This document shows, piece after piece, positions 36,395 through 42,748 of a stretch of 42,748 nt of DNA. The DNA is from Spirogloea muscicola (taxonomy: Eukaryota): assembly GCA_009602725.1 (NCBI GenBank), contig WELB01000028.1, positions 354,507 to 397,254 on the forward strand, in the 5' to 3' direction. Within the stretch, counting starts at the first letter, position 1; every line of letters starts with the position of its first letter. A program made the translations under genes and the position numbers. The notes under the pieces are model-generated. The model made no database searches. It had not been told where the DNA came from and saw only the letters and a list, made by a program, of their open reading frames with translations.

Positions 36395-37600
36395 AGAAGG
36401 GGGAATGGCTCGCCCATAGATAAATAGGGCTAGCAAGGCCAGCCCAGAAAAGAATGGACAATATTCACAGGCCACAAGAAGAAAGAAAGTGCTCGCCCAT
36501 AGAGAAGAGGGGCTGGCAAAGCCAGCCCGAAAGAATGGACAATGTCCAAAGCCAAAGAAAGGGGTGCCGAAAAGGGCCTACACCTCAAAACACTACAAAA
36601 CACGAGACGATGCAAAGGGAAGCTCAGTACCCACGAGTGAGCAACATCAGGTCGGAGTAGCTCGCTGCAGGGAAAGAGGCACTCCGCCGAGACCCAAAGG
36701 CGGCAGCCAAAGCACGGCCTGCGTGTGGACGGCGTGGGCAAGGGAGCTTTGAAACGCTACCGCCAGGCGCATACGGAAGACCTGGGCGAGCGACCCGGCG
36801 GCATGAAAGCCGGGCATCGCCCCTGGCAGACCCGGCCGCCGGTCAATGGCATGACGGGCAAGCCGCTGGAGGAGATCCAGCCAGCGGCTGCCGAAAGCCC
36901 CGTGTACATCTATCGCCAGGGCCGCGAACTCATCACCAACCGGGTGATCGGCATATTTCCGCTCCTTGCCCTGGGCCGCCTGGCCGACCGCGTGCCCTGC
37001 AAACGACGCCGGTCGGGAGGGATTGGCGGAGTTGATGCAGTCAGTCGTCACCACATCGGCGATGATGCGGGGACTGCCGCCGGGCGGGATGGCGACCAGG
37101 TCGGCGCGTCGAGCATGGGGCTGGCCATCCGCGCCCAGCTGGATGGGCACTATGGAGGTATTCTCCACAGCAACCTTGAAGCCCGCCTCCATGAACAACC
37201 CCCTGCATGCCATCTCGCAGAGAGCAAGCGCGGCCAGAATGACTGGTGGCTGGGAGAGGCCAGCCCAAAGGAATGGACAAGGTCTGAAGGTCTCGCAGGA
37301 GATCGTGGGGACCGGTCCGCTCGCCCCCGTGCGCGCACCGGAGCATCTGCGCAGCCAGCTCCGCAGGATCGGCGTGACGGGAACCACAGTCGCACTGAGT
37401 GACGCCCACGAGGCAGGGAGGGAGGAGGCCCAAGAGCCGGTGGACCGCCGTTCTGAAGGCCTCATCGGGCATGGGTGAGCGCCGCGTAGAGTGGGAGCGC
37501 TGATAACCACGCCGCCGCCCCAGGGAGGAGGTTGAGAGAAGCCGGGCGCGCCCGCGAAGGTCAGAGGGAGGGAGAAGCGCCACAAAGGCCACAAAACGGT
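36395..37600 (-). mobile_element. 5'-truncated RLE non-LTR retrotransposon (subfamily B): zinc knuckle + endonuclease + 3' UTR with two hairpin tail units
   Basis: RARLLSTSS…AWLSALP…FRTAVHRLLGL; CDCG…QMLRC…HDLLRD; RRADLV…IIADVVT; KERKY…FAALAIDVHGAFG; RLAVAFQ; PAASYSDLMLLTRGY*. Frameshifted. Tail units at ~36480-36550 and ~36405-36470. Confidence 0.9.
37221..37290 (-). mobile_element. 70-bp retroelement tail nested in the subfamily B element, 8-bp TSD
   Basis: Flanked by direct repeat tctcgcag (37213-37220 and 37291-37298); near-identical to 24556-24623. Confidence 0.85.
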
Positions 37601-37669
37601 GCCGAAAAGGAAAAACCAGAAGCGGTGCAGGTCGAGTCGACGTGGCCCCCATCGGCACAGCTCCCCCCG

Positions 37670-37950
37670 CTCTGTGGCCTTCGGATATTGTCCATCCTTT
37701 TCTGGGCTGGCTTTGCTAGCCCCTCTTTTTCTATGGGTGAGTAGGCGCGCGGTGCTGATGAAATTGAAAGGGAGGCCAATTCTAGCCCTACAATGGGCGA
37801 GCGATTTGTGGGCGAGCAATTTCTTCCGGCCCTCTGCCGGCTTTTAGGCTCCTCCGTTGATTTGGCCCCCTTTGAACCTTTGTCAATTCCTTTCGGGCTG
37901 GTTTTTCACAGCCCTTGGACCATTGGGAGAGCCACTTCTTCCTGCCCCTC
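37670..37950 (+). mobile_element. Two solo tail copies
   Basis: tattgtccatccttttctgggctggctttgctagccc (37687-37722); accttgtcaattcctttcgggctggtttttcacagcc…gggagagccacttct (37876-37940). Confidence 0.75.
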
Positions 37951-39409
37951 CTTCCCTAGTATAGGGTTCCGGTTCATGTAGCCACACTGTTTGCACTAAT
38001 TCTTTTGCACTTTCTGCAATTTTTGCTAGAACAATGTGTTGGCTTGAATTGGCCTCGCTTTCAGTTCATGCGCACCTCGCGGTTCTCTCTCTACCGGATA
38101 TTGCGCCTGGTATATGTCCAGGCTCTCTTACTGCGGCACTGGACGCGCGCGCTACGCCTACTGCTGCAACAGCGGCGGCGGCGGCGGCAGCAGCGGCGCC
38201 TGCGGCACAAGTACAGCAACAGTAGGCGTAGCGCGCACGTCCAGTGTCGCGCCAAGAGGGCGTGGCATGGACAGCAGGCGCCAGGTCCGCTAGAGAGCCC
38301 GCACCTCAAGAAGCTCCGCATCCGCTTGCGTGAGACCGGCTTGAACTTGGTAGCCTTGGTAGAGGTTATCTGGCACAGGTAAAGTCATGTTACCTTTGCT
38401 TAGACTTTTGAGATTTGACACACCAGTACAGATGGTCGCCAGTAGCTCATCTTCACAAGACAAAGAAACAGCTGCTGATAAAAGTGAGTCTCTGAATATG
38501 TCAGCAGACAAAGGCAAAATCCTCAGTGCAGGAAGACATTCCAAAGAATGAGGACGTCACCGGAGCTGTGCATCCCCTTCTTGTGCCTCCTCCTCCTGTA
38601 CATTGACCTGTCGTGCCTTGTAAGGAACCTCGCCCTACACACGCAGTTAGGGTGAGCAGTCCTTCTTGAGTTCGACTGTAGGGGTTTAGGGACCAACCCA
38701 CTACACAGGCAAAGCACTAGCGCATAGGCGCAGCGGTTGACAGGCCCCGTGGCGCCGCCGTCCGGCGGCGACTCCACCTCCTGGGCGCAGGCCGGCGCAG
38801 CAGGCCCCGCAGCAAGGTGCGGCGGCGGCTGCGGCGGCGAGCAGCGGCAAGGCTGCTCCTGGGCTTCACCGGCTCGAACTCCTCCACGAGCCTCAGCCCC
38901 AAGGCTCTTCGTGCTTCCCCGTGCCACCCCCCCTCCAGGGGCGTGAGCGGGTCGCCCCAAGGCCTGCCCTTGCGGGCGGGCCCAAGGTCCCCCCTTGGCA
39001 GGGTGGAACCTGGCGAGGGTGTTTCTGGACGGGCGGGGCCACTTGCCCGGCAAGCCAGCCCGCCACCTGGCGGGTCCACTTGTCCCAAATAGCCGGTCAT
39101 GTAATGCCAACAGAGCCATGTGGCTTAACCAAGTGGCTGGTTCATTACATGCCTCCTCCTCCTGTACATCCTCCTCCGATGCTGGAATTTGGCAGCCAAG
39201 CGGAGTCTGGTGTCCACTTCGTCAGACCAGCCTGCACCACAGCAGCCACGTTGGATCGACATGCCAATGCCCAATTTGGGTATGTCCTCACCACATCTAC
39301 AAGGTCTTGAGGTGGAGCAGCATTTTGAGCGGATTGAGGCTGCTCGCATGTATTTATTGGTCATTGCACACTTCCGTCCAGCAGAAGCCTGGGCAGCTGA
39401 TGCACTAAT

Positions 39410-40250
39410 TACAAAAGTGCCATCACTGATTTCCAACGCGGGTAATGAAGTGGTGGATAATATGGGAGTTTCTTTAGTGCAGTCATCAACTGGACTACAC
39501 CTCCTGCCGGCATTGTATTGGTTGAAGTGTTTGGTGGTACTGCGAAAAGGTTCAGAGCTGCAATGCAGGTTCATATCAAGGCTGCTCGGTGTATTCGTAT
39601 CAACAATGACCCAGAGGCAAGAGAGGCAGCTGAACATCATCTTAAGATTATTAAGGATCAGTATTGTAATCTCGTCAATCATACTACATCTGACCATTGG
39701 GACTTTTATTACAACAAGACATCCAGGAAGCCGCAAGACCAGAATCTCTTAGAAAGTTGCCAAAAGTCGACATATTGATTGCTGGGTCTCCGTGTCAAGG
39801 AATCACTGCTTTAGGTTTCAGCAAAGGCTTTCAACATCCAGCTAGTGGTTTGTCCAAATCATCTTGAAAGTTATGCATGACGTCCGAGCCAGGCAACTCC
39901 TTCCTTTCGGCTACATCATAGAGAATGTAGAACCCAGAGAAACCCACCATGTAGCCCGCTTCAACTTCCAGAGCATCTGCGACGTCCTGGGGCCTCATAT
40001 AAAACTGGACGCAGCTGTCCTGGGAGCTCTGGCCGACAGAAGGAGGGTACATTGGACGAACCTAGCTCCTGCCTAAATCATTCAACGGTGCATCAACAAC
40101 CAGCGACACGCTTCCGATTTGTACGCATACACGGCTCTTGACCCTGGACGGGAGGTGGTTTCCGTGGAATGTTGGTGCAATCGCGCGCATGCATTCAAAT
40201 TGAGAAGGCTTCCCTACAGTCACCTCCCACATTAGTGGCCTGCATGGCGT
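39410..40250 (+). pseudogene. Decayed C5 DNA cytosine methyltransferase (DNMT3/retrotransposon-type), copy 1
   Basis: Motif I GIVLVEVFGG; motif II NNDPEARE; motif III QQDI; motif IV VDILIAGSPCQG; motif VI GYIIENV; LDAAVLGA; motif VIII DRRRVHWTNL; then LDPGR. Intronless, with frameshifts and stops. Confidence 0.85.
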
Positions 40251-40350
40251 CGGAGCCATGTATGCGTACCAAGTCGGAGGTTGTTGTTGATTGTTGATAC
40301 ACCGTTGAATCATCTGTGCTGGAGCAAGGTTCGTCTATTGCATGCTCCCG
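40250..40350 (-). repeat. Third partial copy of the DNMT motif-VIII-downstream segment
   Basis: Reverse complement gacgaaccttgctccagcacagatgattcaacggtgtatcaacaa…gtacgcatacatggctc matches 40055-40137 and the reverse complement of 40385-40470. Confidence 0.75.
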
Positions 40351-40384
40351 ATTGTCCACTGGAAATACCTATTTTGAAGTATCC

Positions 40385-41225
40385 AGAGCCATGTATGCAT
40401 ACAGATGGGGAGGGCGTCGCTGGTTTTTGATGCACCGTTGAATCATTCGGGCAGGAGCTAGGTTCGTCTAATGTACCCTCCTTCTGTCGGCCAGAGAGGC
40501 CCAGGATAGCTGCGTACAATTTGGTAGAAGGCCCCAGGACGTCGCAGATGCTCGAAGCGGGCTACATGGTGGTGTTCTCTGGGTTTTACATTCTCTATGA
40601 TGTAGCCAAAAGGAAGGAGTTGCCTGGCTCGGACGCCATGCCATGTACACTTCTTCAATGACAATAAATCACTAGCTGGATGTTGGAAGCTTTTGCCGAA
40701 ACCCAAAGCACTGAATCCGTGAAATGGAAACCCAGCAATCAATAGGTCGATTTCTGACCCGTTTCTTAGGGATTCTGGTTTTGCAGCTTCCTCAATGTCT
40801 TGGGGTAAAAGAAGAAGTGGCTCTCCCAATGGGGGCAAGGGCTGTGAGAAGCCAGCCCGAAAAGAATTGACAAGGTTCGAAGGGGCCAAACTACGAGCTA
40901 AGCAGCGACTGCGGGGCCTGGCGGGTAAAAGACTACCCCATTGATCAATGGTGGTATGTCTGACAAGTCTGGGGTCCTGATTCCGGAGGATGTCGAGATG
41001 GTGTGGTGCTGCCTCGCGTGCCTCAGGGTGATACTCAACGTGATTGTAGCGAGCAACTTTAAGATGTCTTTGCATGGCAGCCCGAAATCCGGATGCTGTA
41101 TCGCCAACGATTTAAACTACACAATGCCAGCAGGAGGGATGGTCCAGTTGAACCCCAAAGAAGGAGATCTCCATATCTCCAACGACTTCATTGCCTGCGT
41201 TGGAAATTAGTGGCGGTACCATCAC
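40385..41225 (-). pseudogene. Decayed C5 DNA methyltransferase, copy 2, inverted relative to copy 1
   Basis: HPEAREAA…LPQDI…EIDLLIAGFPFHG (catalytic PC changed to PF)…FQHPAS…GYIIENV…LADRRRVH. Colinear with copy 1 from gatttccaacgc onward. Confidence 0.85.
40813..40922 (-). mobile_element. 110-bp retroelement tail inserted into DNMT copy 2, 10-bp TSD
   Basis: Direct repeat gggtaaaaga at 40803-40812 and 40923-40932. The insert is absent at the homologous position of copy 1. Confidence 0.9.
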
Positions 41226-41319
41226 GCTGTTGACTAGGAGGGGGGGTACCGAGCGGCTATTCGTTGTAGCCAGTTGTATGCTGAGTTGCTTTGGCATTCA
41301 AAGATTCCCCTTAGATCTT

Positions 41320-41460
41320 GGCCTCTCCCGGGCTGGCCTTTCACTGCCAACGCCTACTTTTGGAAGAGCATTAAAAGGAAGCTCTTCCAATTTCAGCTAG
41401 TGGATGTGAAAGGCCAGCCCAGAACGAACGGACAAGGTCCAAAGAGCCGAAAGGCGCCTA
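41320..41460. mobile_element. Tail-to-tail pair of retroelement 3' tails
   Basis: + cgggctggcctttcactgcc…ttggaagagc, then - gctcttccaa…gtgaaaggccagcccagaacgaacggacaaggtccaaag. Confidence 0.7.
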
Positions 41461-42064
41461 AACCACACAGCTATGCACGAGAATACGACGGAGGGGAGCT
41501 TAGTAACCCCAAGGTAAATTTTGGAAGAGCATTGCTCTCTTTCCTGCTGGCTCCTCATAGTAACTGCCTCCTACTGGAGCCCAGTTGCCTTACTTATTTA
41601 TGTATCTTATGGCTGCAAGACATTCTTGGTATTACTGTTTCTTCTGCCACATCTCCTTGGCCACGTTGTGGGATCAGCAGCGAAGGATGTGATGCTTGTG
41701 GACAATCCTAGTCCACCAGCTTTTTCCATGAGCCATGCCTTGGACATATCCTCATACGAGTGATGGTACCTTGGTGTCATCAGCCCTTGCCTGGCTTTGA
41801 ACTGACAGTGCTTTAGCTGTGACCTCATGTTTTCATTACCCATCTGATTTACTGAACGACCCAGTCGAACTTGAATGCTGTACGGTGGCTGTTGGGTTGG
41901 CATTACCGTCTGATACTAGCATGGCATTGACGTCAAGTGTCTATGATACCAGTGACGTTGGTTGCTAAACTTCTCGGCTGAGCAACCATTGCTCAGCAAA
42001 GTATGGCTGGATGACTTGGTGCCACTGGGACTCGCTCATGTGCAAACAAATGGCTCGGCTCTAA

Positions 42065-42232
42065 CGGCACTTTGGACCTTGTCTATTCTTTTTGCGCTGG
42101 CTCTTTCCCAACCACCTTCTTATATCGGGCGAGCTTCTTCTTTCGAAGAAAGGAAGAAACAGCTCTTCCAACGTACGGCAATGGCTGTGAGAGGCCAGCC
42201 CAAAGAAATGTACAAGGGCCTGAAAGGGCCGG
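42065..42232. mobile_element. Tail-to-tail pair of retroelement 3' tails
   Basis: + ttggaccttgtctattc…gggcgagcttcttct, then - aaacagctcttcc…ggctgtgagaggccagcccaaagaaatgtacaagg. Confidence 0.75.
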
Positions 42233-42489
42233 ATGGCGTACGAAGCAGGATACAAAGGATGGGGTATGCGATTTATCTCAGTATTCTATCAGAATAAAAT
42301 AAGGTCCATTGTACTAATGATGATACCACTCCACTGTTTTTATTCTGAACAAATGAATGAACAACATGAGCTGCTGTTGGCAAGTCCTTTGCAGGCAAAG
42401 AGTCGTGTATTTGAAACAATCGAAGGCCAATAAGGCCAAGTACAAAGGCAAGCACATCTCATGACGTAGCAGCTAGCATCTAGCAGCTT

Positions 42490-42748
42490 CTGGAGCTGCT
42501 AGAGGAGTGGGGCAGCAGCAGTGGCAGGAGGAATGGAGGGGGGGGGGAAAGAGGCCGGAAGTGCCGACTGCAGCCTTGTCGACCTGTCCTGCTGCAGCTG
42601 CTAGAGGAGTGGGGCAGCAGTAGTAGCAGGAGGGATGGCAGGGGGGAGGAGGGTCGAAAGTGCCGATGAGGGCCTTGACGACCGGGCCTGGCAGCAGTAG
42701 CAGGAGGAGGGAGGGCGGGGGGGGGGAAGGAGGGCCGGCTGCTAGAGG
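42490..42748. repeat. G-rich degenerate tandem repeat (~100-bp unit, ~2.5 copies, runs off the window)
   Basis: gctgctagaggagtggggcagcag…gcaggagg…gggggg…aagtgccga…gccttg recurs at 42496 and 42598, and partially at 42690. Confidence 0.7.

Overview
This is GC-rich, intron-containing eukaryotic nuclear DNA. The gene set and intron positions are plant-like, most consistent with a streptophyte (charophyte-grade) green alga. It is a draft assembly with single-N joins and one N-gap flanked by poly-A. Spliced genes read from the sequence: DNA polymerase lambda (BRCT + Pol X), a thioredoxin(WCGPC)-SHP-UBX fusion, eEF1B-gamma, CSP41b, an F-box/LRR protein that splices in frame onto a bacterial-type TPR module, an ELF4-like gene, the 24-kDa (FAd) mitochondrial ATP synthase subunit, and a conserved plant unknown protein. 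Two further weak gene models lie in the first 4 kb. The intergenic DNA is full of 5'-truncated copies of a restriction-like-endonuclease (CRE-type) non-LTR retrotransposon and its 70-120 bp hairpin-bearing 3' tail. Two tail copies are nested in other elements with clear target-site duplications. The right end holds two inverted, decayed copies of a transposon-type C5 DNA cytosine methyltransferase. A perfect 185-bp inverted duplication of one exon sits at 1148-1536. Exon boundaries were read by eye from GT/GC-AG signals and protein similarity recalled from memory; no searches were run.
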